Source: Candidatus Dormiibacterota bacterium (GTDB lineage Bacteria; Chloroflexota; Dormibacteria; Aeolococcales; Aeolococcaceae). Taken from it: 64,000 nucleotides of DNA. A program made the translations under genes and the position numbers. The notes under the pieces were generated by a model. It was given only the letters and a program-made list of their open reading frames with translations. It was not told where the DNA came from and ran no database searches. This document shows positions 32,213-43,029 of the stretch, piece after piece (within the stretch, counting starts at the first letter, position 1; each line of letters opens with the position of its first letter). Where the stretch lies: the NCBI GenBank assembly GCA_963709585.1, contig CAVPXI010000006.1, positions 96,001 to 160,000 of the forward strand, read 5' to 3'.

Positions 32213-33091
32213 ATGGACGTCGTCCGGATCACGCCGCGTGGCTACTGCCATGGGGTGGTGGAGGCGATACGGATCGCCAAACGCGAAGGCGCTGCTCGCG
32301 CGGGCAGCGAGCCGGTCACCATGCTCGGCTACCTCGTCCACAACGAGCACGTGACCCGCGAGCTCGAGGAATCGGGCGTCGCCCTGGTGGCCGAACCCGA
32401 TCGCATGAAGGCGCTCGAACAAGTCACCGAGGGGACGGTCATCTTCACCGCCCACGGGATCTCCCCGGCCGTCGTCGATGCGGCCCGCGCCCGAGGGCTC
32501 AACCTCGTCGACGCCACCTGCAGCGACGTCACCCGAACGCACGACCTCGTCCGCGAGCTGGTGGCGAGCGGCCACCACGTCATCTACATCGGCAAACGCG
32601 GCCATCCCGAGCCCGCCGGCGTGCTCGGCATCGCCCCGGAGCACACAACCCTTATCGAGAGCATCGACGAGGTGGAAACGCTCGACCTGCCCGACCAACG
32701 TCCGCTCGCGGTCACATGCCAGACGACGCTCAGCATGTGGGACACGCAGTCGATCATCGAGCGCCTCGTGGAACGCTTTCCAACAATCGAAGTCCACAAC
32801 GAGATCTGCCGCGCAACTCAGGAACGGCAGGAGGCCGCGGTGCTCGCCGCCGACGATGTCGATTGCGTGGTCGTGGTCGGCAGCGCACGCAGCAGCAACA
32901 GTCAACGCCTTGTGCAGGTGGTTCGTGAGAAAGGCCACCGTCCCGCGTACCTCGTCGACACCGCGGCGGACCTCGATCCCTCGTGGTTTCAGGGCGTTCG
33001 CCGGGTCGGCGTGACCTCCGGCGCATCGACGCCAACGCAGATCACGCGCGCCGTGATCGCCGCCGTGGAAGCGATGCCCGAAACCGGGTGA
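32213..33091 (+). CDS. ispH: 4-hydroxy-3-methylbut-2-enyl diphosphate reductase
   Basis: GYCHGV, FTAHG, DATC, QTTLS, ICRATQERQ, SSNS, TSGASTP. Confidence 0.95.
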   Translation: MDVVRITPRGYCHGVVEAIRIAKREGAARAGSEPVTMLGYLVHNEHVTRELEESGVALVAEPDRMKALEQVTEGTVIFTAHGISPAVVDAARARGLNLVDATCSDVTRTHDLVRELVASGHHVIYIGKRGHPEPAGVLGIAPEHTTLIESIDEVETLDLPDQRPLAVTCQTTLSMWDTQSIIERLVERFPTIEVHNEICRATQERQEAAVLAADDVDCVVVVGSARSSNSQRLVQVVREKGHRPAYLVDTAADLDPSWFQGVRRVGVTSGASTPTQITRAVIAAVEAMPETG

Positions 33092-33149
33092 GGTGACGTT
33101 TCGGCTGAAAGGGTCACAAACCCGGTCAGCCTGCTAGTGTCCTGAACCG

Positions 33150-33758
33150 ATGACCGCAGGAGGGCCGCCGCTTCCCCCGCCTCAGGCGCCCGGTCAATGG
33201 GACGGCGGCCAATCGTATCTTCCCCCGCCCCCTCCGACGTACCCGGTCGCGACGTACTACACCGGGCCGCAAACAGGTCCGGCGCCGGGGATCGCCTATG
33301 CCGGATTCTGGATCCGGGTCGGGGCCTCGATCATCGACAGCATCATCGTCTTGGTGCCGCTCGTGATCGCCTTCATCGTGATCGAGGGATCGGCACTCAG
33401 TGCCTACGCCACCTGCGTCAACAACGCTGCCGCCGCGGCGCTGCCGGCAACCATCTGCGGTTCATTCCTCAGCTCGGCCGGCTACTGGGAGCTGATCGCC
33501 CTCGTCGTCGAGCTCGCCTACTTCGTCATCCTGTGGTCGCAGTTTGGCGCGACCCTCGGCCAGCGGATGCTTGGTCTGCACGTCGTCGACGCGGCGACCG
33601 GCAGGAACATCGGCATCGGGCGCGCGATCGGGCGTTTTGTCGGCTACGTGATCAGCGGATTCGCACTGGACATCGGCTTCATATGGGTCGCGTTCGACGC
33701 CCGCAAGCAAGGCTGGCACGACAAGATCGCCAGCACATTCGTGGTCCGCAAAGTCTAG
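33150..33758 (+). CDS. RDD family protein with Pro-rich N-terminus
   Basis: YAGFWIRVGASIID, QGWHDKIASTFV. Confidence 0.88.
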   Translation: MTAGGPPLPPPQAPGQWDGGQSYLPPPPPTYPVATYYTGPQTGPAPGIAYAGFWIRVGASIIDSIIVLVPLVIAFIVIEGSALSAYATCVNNAAAAALPATICGSFLSSAGYWELIALVVELAYFVILWSQFGATLGQRMLGLHVVDAATGRNIGIGRAIGRFVGYVISGFALDIGFIWVAFDARKQGWHDKIASTFVVRKV

Positions 33759-33814
33759 AATCCGGCAACCGACTTGCCGTCCGAGACGGCCGCCATTCGA
33801 GGAGGAGAGCGATC

Positions 33815-34471
33815 GTGGCAGCACTGCCGCCCCAGCCACCAGGGAGCCTACCCCCGCAACCGCCGGGCGTCCCTCCGCCCGGAGGTCCACAGCCCGCCGG
33901 GCCGCCCCAGGGCCCCTACTCCCCTGGCGGTGCGTACGCGGGCCAGATGCCCCAGCAGTACGTCTCGCAACCGATGCCGCAGCCCGTCGTGGTCAAGGTG
34001 CACAAACGAACCTTCTGGTTGACGATCGCGCAGATCATCATCATCCTCAAGGCCATCCTGATCATCCTGCTCGCAGCGGCGTCGGTCGCGATCGGCGTCT
34101 ACATCCTCGCTGCAGGGCACGCCGCGCTGCACAACATCCCCGGATACAGTAACTACCAGACCCAGTTCGGCAATTCGTTCGTGAATGCCGCCGGAGCGCT
34201 GTTCTTCGCGATCGCGATCGTGCCACTGATCGTCGGCATAGTGGATCTGATCCTGGGCATCGTTGTGGGCCGGCCGTCAAACGTGGCGCGATGGATCATC
34301 ATCGTGCTCGACGTCATCAGCATCATCATCGCGCTCGCCGATTTCGCCAACGCAAGGACGAGCATCGGTGCCCTCATCCTCGTCGTGTACCTCGCGCTCC
34401 AGGTGATCGTCCTCTACGCGTTGCTGATCGACCCGGCGACACGGAGAGACTTCGCCGGCACGAGCCGCTAG
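33815..34471 (+). CDS. Pro-rich multi-TM membrane protein
   Basis: GGAGG RBS; Pro-rich head followed by hydrophobic helices. Confidence 0.7.
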   Translation: MAALPPQPPGSLPPQPPGVPPPGGPQPAGPPQGPYSPGGAYAGQMPQQYVSQPMPQPVVVKVHKRTFWLTIAQIIIILKAILIILLAAASVAIGVYILAAGHAALHNIPGYSNYQTQFGNSFVNAAGALFFAIAIVPLIVGIVDLILGIVVGRPSNVARWIIIVLDVISIIIALADFANARTSIGALILVVYLALQVIVLYALLIDPATRRDFAGTSR

Positions 34472-34492
34472 GCTTCCGGCGAGCGCCAAGCC

Positions 34493-35782
34493 TTACAGCC
34501 GCGCTCGCCGCTTGAGGTCGAGGTAACGGTTCACGAGCCGCGGTGACAGCGTGCGCGCATCGGCGTCGATGGTCTCGACACCCGAGCTGCGCAGCAAGCG
34601 CAACGTGTCGTCGCGATCAGCGATGAGCCCGCCGGCGACCGCTCGCGCGTACGCCTCGTCACCGGTTCGCGGTGCCGCGTTCGCCGCGTCATCGAGCGCC
34701 GGGTCGCGCACCGTGACCACCAAAAGGAGATGCCGGCGGCGCAGGCGGACGCATTGCCGGATGAGCGCTTTCCCCTGGTCGGGATCGAGCACGTCGGTGA
34801 AGATCACCGCCAGCGATCGGCGCGTCTGCCACCTGCTGAAAAAGCCGAGCGCGTCGTCGTAATCGGCCTCGGTCTCCCCCGGCTGTATCGGGCGCGTGGC
34901 ATCGAGAAATCGTCGCAGCTGAGCCGTCCCGGCGCGCGGTGGCAACGTGTCGGTGACCGTGTCGGAAAAAGCGAGCATCCCGGCGCGATCGCCGCTGCGG
35001 AGCGCGACGTGCACGAGCAGCAGCGCCGCGTTGATGGCGTGGTCCAGCTTGGTGAGCTCGCCGGCACCGATCCCCATCAGGCGACCGTGATCCAGGCAGA
35101 TCACCAGCGGTTGGGCTCTCTCGGGGATGAGCTCGGTCGCCATCAAGCGCCCCGTCCGCGCGGTGGCGCGCCAGTTGATGGCGCGCAACGGGTCGTCGGG
35201 GAAGGCATCGCGCACCCGCTCGAACTCGCTGCCCTCGGTGCGCAGGCGCATGGTGCGCAACCCGAGCTCGGCCAGCTGACCGCGGCGCGCCAGGGCCTCG
35301 TACACGTCGATGGCTGCAAGATTCGGATCGACGCGCACCGGGCGCGTCATATCGACGGTCGTCTGTCGCCAGCCGAGCTGCCATGGACCACGGATGCGCA
35401 CGGTGGCGGGCCCGAGGACGACGTCGCCGCGCGCCACCGGGGTGACCGTGTATTCGACTTCAGCGGGAAGCTGCACGTTCCATCGCGTTCGCGAGGCATG
35501 CAGCCCCGGCGTGACCTGCTCGTGGACGATCGCGGTCGCACCCGCGGAGCGCGCGCTGATCCGGAGCGTCACGCGGTTGGCGACGCCCACCGAGAGGAGG
35601 TCGTTGGACACGCGCTCGACGCGCAACATCGACCTGCCCGGCGCGCGCCGTGAGTCGACAACGATCGTGCCGACACACGCGACGAGAAGCACGAGCCCCG
35701 CGAAGAACAGTCCCGCCACCGCCGCCCCGGTTGCGATAACGGCGACCGGCACCAGCAGCAGACCGGCCCCGCGCCAGGTCAT
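34493..35782 (-). CDS. DUF58 (vWA-like) protein
   Basis: EFERVR..DDPLRAINWRATAR, LDHGRLM, GDRAG. Confidence 0.9.
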   Translation of the reverse strand: MTWRGAGLLLVPVAVIATGAAVAGLFFAGLVLLVACVGTIVVDSRRAPGRSMLRVERVSNDLLSVGVANRVTLRISARSAGATAIVHEQVTPGLHASRTRWNVQLPAEVEYTVTPVARGDVVLGPATVRIRGPWQLGWRQTTVDMTRPVRVDPNLAAIDVYEALARRGQLAELGLRTMRLRTEGSEFERVRDAFPDDPLRAINWRATARTGRLMATELIPERAQPLVICLDHGRLMGIGAGELTKLDHAINAALLLVHVALRSGDRAGMLAFSDTVTDTLPPRAGTAQLRRFLDATRPIQPGETEADYDDALGFFSRWQTRRSLAVIFTDVLDPDQGKALIRQCVRLRRRHLLLVVTVRDPALDDAANAAPRTGDEAYARAVAGGLIADRDDTLRLLRSSGVETIDADARTLSPRLVNRYLDLKRRARL

Positions 35783-35792
35783 CGCGGCGCGG

Positions 35793-36774
35793 TCACCTGG
35801 GAACCGGGACCCTGCCCACTGCGCGCTGCACGGCGGCGACCTCGGACACGCCCTGGATCTCCGCCTCGGGACGGCGAATCATCCGGTGCCGAAGCGCCGG
35901 GATGCAGACGTCCTTAACGTCGTCCGGGACCACGTAGTCGCGTCCCTGAATGGCGGCCATCGCCTTGCCGGCGAGGAGCAGGGCGATCGATCCCCGAGGG
36001 CTGGCTCCGAGCGAGAGGTCCGGGCTGGTGCGCGTTGCGGTGACGATCGCGGAGATGTAGCCGAGCACCTCGTCGGAGAGGCGGACCGCCGCCACCTCCG
36101 CGCGAACTTTCGCGAGCGCGGCGGCGTCGATGATCGCGGTCACCCCCGCGGCGGTGAGGTCGTGCGCATTGAATCCGCCGTCGACGCGGCGAAGCATCAC
36201 CATCTCGGTTGCCGGCTCGGGAACGTTCACCTCGAGTTTGAAGAAGAATCGATCCAGCTGAGCCTCCGGGAGTGGGTAGGTGCCCTCGTACTCCACGGGG
36301 TTCTGCGTGGCAACCACCAGAAAGCGGTCGCCGAGCGGGCGGCTCTCTCCATCGGAGGTGACCTGGCGCTCTTCCATCGCCTCGAGGAGCGCCGACTGGG
36401 TCTTCGCCGGCGCCCGGTTGATCTCGTCCGCAAGCAGGGTGTCGGTGAAGATCGGCCCTTCACGGAACTCGAACGTCCCAGAAGTCCTGGCGGTAGACGC
36501 TCGTCCCGACAATGTCAGACGGGAGCAGGTCGGGGGTGAACTGGATTCGGGTGAAGCGGGCGTCGAGCGCCGCCGCGAGCGTCCTCGCCATCAGCGTCTT
36601 CGCGGTGCCCGGGACTCCCTCCAGGAGCACGTGCCCACCACAGAGGACGGCGATGTACAGGCCGTCGATGACCTGGAGCTGGCCGACCACGGCGCGACCC
36701 ATGGTCTCGTGCAGTACCGCGCGCAAGGCGGCGGCGTCGCTCTGGCTTGCCACGGTGGGCATTGTGCCTGTCAT
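35793..36774 (-). CDS. moxR: MoxR family AAA+ ATPase; +1 insertion at 36481-36486
   Basis: [59 protein letters not shown]. Confidence 0.92.
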
Positions 36775-37922
36775 CTCACCGCCGCGCCGGTCCACTGGCG
36801 CTCGCAGGCGTCGACATCGCGCGCGAGCCGGAGCAGCTGGCTCTCCTCGGGTCGCCCCGACGCGAGTGAGCGAGCGTGGGCAAGCAACGCCGCCAGCGCC
36901 TGAGCTGATTGCGCGTTGGTCACCGATATCGCGGCGCAGAAGCCGGCGTCGTCGAGATGTGAGTCAACGCCGGTCGCGCTGCCGATTCTCCGTTTGAGCT
37001 CGTCGGCGTAGCGCGCCGCGATCGGTCCACGTTGCCGGCTGCGCGCAAACAGCTGCCCCATCGCGGTCACATAGGCGGTTGCGCTCGGCACCGCCTGGCC
37101 ACCATCTGCCGCCGGCTTGCCGAGGCGGCGACCGTTCAATGCGATGGCGAGTAGTCCCAACACGCCGAGCAGCAGGGTCGCCAGCCCGACCGGCCCGTCG
37201 AAGATCGCCCCCGCTCCGCTGCTCGCGGATGTTTCCCCGTGGTGGTATTCGTCAAATCGGATCCGGCCTCCGCGAGCGCGCTGCAGCAGGCTGAGCGCCA
37301 GGAACGAGGAGTCGCCGTGGCGGAGGCCGTCATTGGACAGCGGCGCGGTGTCGCCGAGGACGTAGGCGCGACCACCGGCGCCGACCCGCACCATCCCGGC
37401 CACCACGTCGTTCTTCTCCACCAGCATCGGGACCAGCGGACTCTGATTGGAGAACGTCAGGCCGCTCCCGACCGGGACCGAAGCGACGCGATCGGTGCTG
37501 TCGAACGGTTGCGCGAGGGTCGCGATGCCGCTCCCCAGCGAAGCGGACGGGTTCACCTCGAGCGTGCGGAGCAGCGGAGCCGCCGCCCCGAGGCTCCTGG
37601 GCGTGACCACGAGCACCAGGTCGCCACCGGAGCGCAGGAATGTCATCACCGCTTTGACGTCGGCATCGGTGAGCGCGACCGTGGGCTCGTAGCAGAAGAC
37701 GACGTCGCTTCCGGTGAGGTCGAAGGTGCCGCTGATCCTGCCGACATCGAGACCGAGGTTGGAGAACCACGTGTACAGAGCGAGCGTCCCCAGGGTGCCG
37801 GCGGATCGCGATGACGGGTTGAGCTGGTCGTTGGGAGGGATGGCGCTGCTGATCGCGATGACCGCGAGGATGCAGAGCGCCGCGATCAAGGTGAGCATCG
37901 CCGAGAGCGGCGGCCGGCGCAT
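36771..37922 (-). CDS. DUF4350 domain membrane-anchored protein
   Basis: GTLAL, GGDLV, LSNDGL, FDEYHHG, RRLG motifs; MoxR operon position. Confidence 0.8.
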   Translation of the reverse strand: MRRPPLSAMLTLIAALCILAVIAISSAIPPNDQLNPSSRSAGTLGTLALYTWFSNLGLDVGRISGTFDLTGSDVVFCYEPTVALTDADVKAVMTFLRSGGDLVLVVTPRSLGAAAPLLRTLEVNPSASLGSGIATLAQPFDSTDRVASVPVGSGLTFSNQSPLVPMLVEKNDVVAGMVRVGAGGRAYVLGDTAPLSNDGLRHGDSSFLALSLLQRARGGRIRFDEYHHGETSASSGAGAIFDGPVGLATLLLGVLGLLAIALNGRRLGKPAADGGQAVPSATAYVTAMGQLFARSRQRGPIAARYADELKRRIGSATGVDSHLDDAGFCAAISVTNAQSAQALAALLAHARSLASGRPEESQLLRLARDVDACERQWTGAAVR

Positions 37923-38857
37923 CGGCTCGGGGCCCCGGCTCGACGCGCCACCCGCCGTACGGCCTCGCATCGGACCCGGGCGATGTCCCAGTCGTCGGGA
38001 CCGACCGGTGCGCGGCCGTACCAGGCCCTGTCGAAAGACGCCGCGGCGGGGGCGACCACGGCCAGCAGGTCGGCGTCGGTCGAGAGCGTCGCAAGCAGCT
38101 CCCGGGTGGTCCAGGCTCGATCGAGGTGAGCTCGCCGGTCGGCGACATCGAGAAGCGCCGAACGGAACGCCCGTCGCACTGCCTCGCGATGATCACCGCG
38201 CTGCGCGGCCGCCAGTGCGAGCCGCCACTCGTGGTCGGGATCGTCGCCGCGGGTCGCAGGCTCGTCGGATCCGAGCGCCCGCCGCCCGCCGGCGACGCCG
38301 CGCAGCCGGTAGATGACGAGTGCGGTGATGGCGCCGAGTACAAGCAGCCCGAGCAGGATCGAACCACCGTTGCCGAGCAGTCCGAAAAGATGCGAGAGGA
38401 TCCAGTTGATCGCGGCGCCGATGCGCTCGAGGATCGACGGTGGCTGGTTCTGGTCGAGATCGGCAAAAACGGACGACGCGTACACCTGGTGGAGGGCGTT
38501 CTCTGCCGCCCGGGAATCGACGTTGCACGCGGACCCGGCCGGCAACGCGAGCGTGGTCACGATGAGGTCGATGCGCTGCCGGCCGGCGGCGACATCGGGG
38601 GGCGACGCGGTGAGGCCGGCGATGATCGGAGCAAGCTCCAAGCTCGACGACGGTGCGAGGTTCTCGGCTTCGATGACCGAAGTCAGTGCCGCCGCCGGCT
38701 GCGCGGGAACCGCGCTCAGCGCGACGTCCGCACGTCCAAGCAAGGTGAGGTATTCGAGCGTCACGCATGATCCGGCAGCCAGCGCGCGGCCCGCCGCGGG
38801 CACGGCACCGGCCGTCAACGCGACGCTGATGACCACCCCGGCGAGCAGGCGCCTCAC
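37886..38857 (-). CDS. DUF4129 domain secreted/membrane protein
   Basis: GDHREAVR, WTTRE, FDRAWYG motifs; signal peptide. Confidence 0.78.
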   Translation of the reverse strand: MRRLLAGVVISVALTAGAVPAAGRALAAGSCVTLEYLTLLGRADVALSAVPAQPAAALTSVIEAENLAPSSSLELAPIIAGLTASPPDVAAGRQRIDLIVTTLALPAGSACNVDSRAAENALHQVYASSVFADLDQNQPPSILERIGAAINWILSHLFGLLGNGGSILLGLLVLGAITALVIYRLRGVAGGRRALGSDEPATRGDDPDHEWRLALAAAQRGDHREAVRRAFRSALLDVADRRAHLDRAWTTRELLATLSTDADLLAVVAPAAASFDRAWYGRAPVGPDDWDIARVRCEAVRRVARRAGAPSRCAGRRSRRCSP

Positions 38858-39981
38858 AGCGACCGCGCGAGCATCTCGATATCGAATCCTTCCTTGCGGA
38901 TGCGGATGTCGTAATACAGGAGGGTCACCCCGATGTAGGTGATCGGTCCGACGAACACCGCTGCGAGCGCACTCGCCACCTGGTCGAAGACGAAGGTGTT
39001 GTTCGGATCGATGACCGCCCCGGGAATCTCGAAGATGGCGGCGACCACCGAGGAGATGATCGCGGCGATCAGCCCGAGCAGGGCCATCCGTCCGAACGTC
39101 GGCCAGAAGCGGCCGCTGATCAATTGCCAGCTGCGCTGTAGCCCGCGCCAGCCGGAGAGGCGCTCGAGAACGATCGCGGGCACGGCAACGACTGTGCGCA
39201 CGTAGACCATGATCAGTGTCGGAATCAGCGCAATGAACGCCACCACGGCGAGTAGCACGCCGAGCCCGCCGGCGCCAAGGGCGCTGAGCAACAGGACCAG
39301 CGCAAAGACCACCGCCAGGGAACCGGCGTAGGCGCCGATAAGGATGAGGATCATCCAGATCAGCGATCTGAGACGGCCCATCGCCGCTCGATACGCGGAC
39401 ATCAGCGAGCTCGGGCGGTCGAGGTAGCGATCACTGACAGCGCGCGTCGTCGCCGCCTCGCCGAGCGGGACGACGATCAGCAGGCTGACCAGCAACAAAC
39501 CGACCGAAACAGCGAGCACCCCCAGGGCCGAGTTGATGAGTTGCTGCGCCTGCGCCTGGGTGATCGTCTGCGTGCCCAGTGAGGCGAATGGCGAACGCAC
39601 GAATGTCGCGACCCCGGTGAGTTCGAAGAGCAGCCAGGTCAGCAGCGCGTATGGGATCTGCACCACCGCACTGATCGATGCGATCAGCGCGAAATTACGG
39701 CGATACATCGTGAAGGTGGCATCGAGCCACTCGCCCACCGACATGGACCGGAAACGTCCGGATCCGACCTGCGACGGCATGAACCCCGGGTTCCAACCGG
39801 GTTGTGGCGATCCCCAGCCCGGCGGTGACCCCCAGCCCGGCGGTGGTGACCCCCAGCCCGGCGGCGGCGACCCCCACCCGGGTGGCGGCGACCCCCAGCC
39901 CGGCGGCGGTGACCCCCAGCCCGGCGGTTGCGCTCCGAGATCGGCGGGTGGCGGGCTCGGAGGCGGTGGCTGGTCCGTCAT
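38854..39981 (-). CDS. Integral membrane protein of the MoxR module
   Basis: GEWLDATF..YRRNF, RSWQL..GRFW, LLYYDIRIRKEGFD. Confidence 0.8.
   Translation of the reverse strand: MTDQPPPPSPPPADLGAQPPGWGSPPPGWGSPPPGWGSPPPGWGSPPPGWGSPPGWGSPQPGWNPGFMPSQVGSGRFRSMSVGEWLDATFTMYRRNFALIASISAVVQIPYALLTWLLFELTGVATFVRSPFASLGTQTITQAQAQQLINSALGVLAVSVGLLLVSLLIVVPLGEAATTRAVSDRYLDRPSSLMSAYRAAMGRLRSLIWMILILIGAYAGSLAVVFALVLLLSALGAGGLGVLLAVVAFIALIPTLIMVYVRTVVAVPAIVLERLSGWRGLQRSWQLISGRFWPTFGRMALLGLIAAIISSVVAAIFEIPGAVIDPNNTFVFDQVASALAAVFVGPITYIGVTLLYYDIRIRKEGFDIEMLARSL
39792..39928 (-). repeat. Coding tandem repeat (~21 bp, PPPGWGS, about 6 copies)
   Basis: Repeated GACCCCCAGCCCGGCGGCGG-like units. Confidence 0.85.
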
Positions 39982-40098
39982 CGGACCATTGTCAATGCTG
40001 TACCACAAGCGTGATCAAACGGTATCCTCACAACCTGAGGCGATGAGAGAGCTCACTGCCGCGCTAGTTCGCGGCCATTTCACTGTGCGGCGCGCTCG

Positions 40099-41490
40099 AT
40101 GCGGGCGCTAGTTGTCGACCCGACCCTGATCGACCCCGGCTCCGGCCGTCGGGGTCGGGGCCGGCGTCGCCACACGCAGGCGAACTCCTCGATTCCCGTC
40201 GAAGTACGCGACGTCCGGACCCCGGTTCCGCCCGGGCCCGGCTGGGTGCTCATCCGCCCCGCGCTGGCAGGGATCTGCGGCACCGATCTCGCCCTCGTGC
40301 ATCGTGACCCGATGCCCAACGTGCTCACGGCCTACGCCAACTCCGGCACCTTCATTCCCGGCCACGAGGTTGTCGGCGTCGTGGAGCGCGCGTCGTCGAC
40401 CCGCTGGGCCCATGAGGGCGACCGCGTCCTGGTGGAGCCGACCTTGCGCTGCGCTCACAAGGGGCTGGCGGAGTGCCGTCGCTGCCGATCCGGGGATACG
40501 CACCTGTGCGAGAACGCCGATCGCGGTGGGGCGCTGTGCTCCGGCCGGTCGGTCGGATCGAGCGAGAGGGCCGGCGGCGGCTGGAGCGAGGGTTTCCTCG
40601 TCCACGAAGACATGCTCGTCCGGGCCGACGGCATCTCCGATCAGCGAGGAGTCCTCGCCGAACCGGCGGCCACAGCCCTCCACGCGGTCATGCGATGGAC
40701 CCGCCGCGGCGACACCGCGGTCGTCATCGGAACGGGCGCGCTGAGCCGGCTCATCGTCGCAACCCTCCGGCGCCTCCACCCCGACCTCGACATCATCGTG
40801 CTCCATGACGCGCGGAGCGCAGCCCGCCCGCGCCTGGGCAGGCGTCACCGGGAGAGCGCCCCCCTCAACGGCGACCCCAACGCCGCCTTCATGGCGATCC
40901 GATCGATCGGCGCCAATCGCGTCTGGCACGGATCGTCCGACGAGATGCTCCAGAAGACCGCCGAGCACATGGAGGCGCGCCTCATGCGGCCGGCGGGCGG
41001 GGGCCTGCCGGTGCTCGACGGCGGGGTCGACGTGGTGTTCGACTGCCGGGCGTCGGCACTCAGCATCGACCTCGCGGTGCGCCTGCTCCGCGCCGACGGC
41101 ACGCTGGTGCTCTGCGGTCGCTCCGGCCGCCACGAGATCGAGTGGTCGCTCATCTGGGCACGCGAGCTCACCGTGCGCGGGGCCGCGTCGTACGGCCGCG
41201 AGCCGGACGGGAAGCGCACCTTCGGCACGATTCGTGAGTGGTTGAGCGACGCGAGCTTTCCGGTCGACGGCGTCGTGACCCATCGATTCCCGCTGGACGA
41301 GTACCAGGCGGCGCTGGCGATCGCCCAGGCGGGCACGGCCGCGGGCGCCGTGAAGGTGGTCTTCGAAGGTCCGGCGGCCACCAGCCTCCGGCCGTCGGCG
41401 GCGGCGATCGTCGTCCATCAGCCCGACGAGCCGGTGCTGCTCCAGTCGACCGCGGCTCGGGTTCGCGGCGGCCGGGTCAAAGTCTCTTAG
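40099..41490 (+). CDS. Zinc-binding alcohol dehydrogenase family protein
   Basis: GICGTD, PGHEVVG, C..CRRC....C, LAEP, VTHRFPL. Confidence 0.85.
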   Translation: MRALVVDPTLIDPGSGRRGRGRRRHTQANSSIPVEVRDVRTPVPPGPGWVLIRPALAGICGTDLALVHRDPMPNVLTAYANSGTFIPGHEVVGVVERASSTRWAHEGDRVLVEPTLRCAHKGLAECRRCRSGDTHLCENADRGGALCSGRSVGSSERAGGGWSEGFLVHEDMLVRADGISDQRGVLAEPAATALHAVMRWTRRGDTAVVIGTGALSRLIVATLRRLHPDLDIIVLHDARSAARPRLGRRHRESAPLNGDPNAAFMAIRSIGANRVWHGSSDEMLQKTAEHMEARLMRPAGGGLPVLDGGVDVVFDCRASALSIDLAVRLLRADGTLVLCGRSGRHEIEWSLIWARELTVRGAASYGREPDGKRTFGTIREWLSDASFPVDGVVTHRFPLDEYQAALAIAQAGTAAGAVKVVFEGPAATSLRPSAAAIVVHQPDEPVLLQSTAARVRGGRVKVS

Positions 41491-41595
41491 GGGACCTCGC
41501 GTGGTCCCGCGCCGGGCCGGCGCGTGCCCGCGTGATCCGAGCAGCCGGGCGCGCGCGTACCAACAGACGCGCAACCCCCGAGCGTGTGTCGGAGC

Positions 41596-42171
41596 ATGAG
41601 AGTGCACCTTAGTGACGACGACATTGTCCGCTCGATCTCTGACCATTCGCCCGAGGGGATCGAAGCCTTGTACGACCGATACGGTGGCCTCGCTCACACG
41701 GTCGCGCTGCGCATCCTCAGCGACCGGGGCGCCGCCGAGGACGTCGTCCAGGAGTCGTTCCTGGCGGTCTGGCGTCGCGGATCCACCTTCCAGCCCGGTC
41801 GGGGATCGCTTCGCTCCTGGATCTGCACGATCGTCCGCAACCGGGCCATCGACCGCTTGCGCGGCGATCGACACCGGACGCGGCTGGATACGCCGATCGA
41901 GGGGGAGTCCGTCGAGCCCGCGGTCACCGACCCCTGGGTTGCCGTCGCCGTCGAGTTGAGCGGCGAGGAGGTTCGCAAGGCGCTCGCCGAGCTTCCCGCC
42001 GAGCAGCGCCAGACCATCGAGCTCGCTTACTACGGCGGCTACTCTCAGTCCGAGATCGCCGCCGCGATGGAGGTGCCGCTCGGCACAGTCAAAGGGCGCG
42101 TCCGGATCGCCCTCGACAAGCTGCGCGCCAGCCTCGCCGATCGCCTGGAGACACCGTGGCAGCCGCAATGA
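41596..42171 (+). CDS. ECF sigma factor (SigK-like)
   Basis: LYDRY, AEDVVQE, RNRAID, LAYYGG, PLGTVKGR. Confidence 0.9.
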   Translation: MRVHLSDDDIVRSISDHSPEGIEALYDRYGGLAHTVALRILSDRGAAEDVVQESFLAVWRRGSTFQPGRGSLRSWICTIVRNRAIDRLRGDRHRTRLDTPIEGESVEPAVTDPWVAVAVELSGEEVRKALAELPAEQRQTIELAYYGGYSQSEIAAAMEVPLGTVKGRVRIALDKLRASLADRLETPWQPQ

Positions 42172-42866
42172 GCCACGACGAGGTGGCTGACCTCCTTGCG
42201 CTCGATGCCGTCGGTGCGCTCGATCCGTCGGAGCGGGATGCGATGGAGCGCCACCTCGTCACTTGTTCGGCGTGCAGGAAGTCGGCCGCCGACTACGCCA
42301 ACGTTGCGTCGTTGCTTCCGGGCGCGCTCGAGGTGGTACCGCCACCCGCGCGCCTGCGGCGCAGCCTGATGGCGCAGGTCTACGCTGAGGCGAGCGCTCC
42401 GCCGAGCGTGCCCTGGTGGCGGCGAGTGGTTGCCGCGATCCCTGCGAGCCGCGCCCTCACCGTGGTCGGAGCAGCCGCGGTGGTCGCGGCCATCGTATTC
42501 GGGATCTGGGGCGCATCCGGCAGGATGGGTTCGCAGATCCCGATCTCCGTCTCCTACGCCGTGTCGGGAACGACGGCCACCGGAGCCCTGGCCGTCGGCG
42601 GCGGCGAGACCCCGGCAGTGCTGACGGTGGATGGTCTCCAGCCGCTTCCCAGCACCAAGGTCTACGAGGTCTGGCTCATCCCGCCGCACGGCTCACCGAA
42701 AGGGGTGGCGTTTCTCAGCCCCAACCCGCATGGCGGCGTCTGGACGGCGGTCGTCCCGGGGAGCCTGGCTGGATACAAGAGCATCGCCGCGACCGTGGAG
42801 CCGGTCGGAGGCAGCCCGACCCCCTCGAACACCGAGGTCTTGAGCGGTCAGCTCACCGCGTCCTGA
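42168..42866 (+). CDS. Anti-sigma factor (RskA-like, ZAS motif)
   Basis: HLVTCSAC, single TM, YEVWLI, ATVEPVGGSPTP. Confidence 0.87.
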   Translation: MSHDEVADLLALDAVGALDPSERDAMERHLVTCSACRKSAADYANVASLLPGALEVVPPPARLRRSLMAQVYAEASAPPSVPWWRRVVAAIPASRALTVVGAAAVVAAIVFGIWGASGRMGSQIPISVSYAVSGTTATGALAVGGGETPAVLTVDGLQPLPSTKVYEVWLIPPHGSPKGVAFLSPNPHGGVWTAVVPGSLAGYKSIAATVEPVGGSPTPSNTEVLSGQLTAS

Positions 42867-43021
42867 GGCGGCGGCTTCGCAGCCTTGCGCCGTTTCTCCG
42901 CAACCGCCGGGAGGACGCGCTTGATGCCGGCGTTGTCGACCACCATGCGTCGCTCCCGCTTGCGATCGCGCTGGCGGATGCGCTCCCGCTCGGCGTCGGG
43001 CACCTGCGGCTCGGAGTCCAT
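42848..43021 (-). CDS. 57-aa basic hypothetical protein
   Basis: Manual translation MDSEPQVPDAERERIRQRDRKRERRMVVDNAGIKR...; follows 43030 ORF by 8 nt. Confidence 0.45.
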   Translation of the reverse strand: MDSEPQVPDAERERIRQRDRKRERRMVVDNAGIKRVLPAVAEKRRKAAKPPPQDAVS

Positions 43022-43029
43022 GGCGAGGA

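Noticed and set aside
39792-39928. CRISPR-like repeat array
   Set aside because: Units are contiguous 18-21-bp coding repeats (PPPGWGS) with no spacers and no cas genes.
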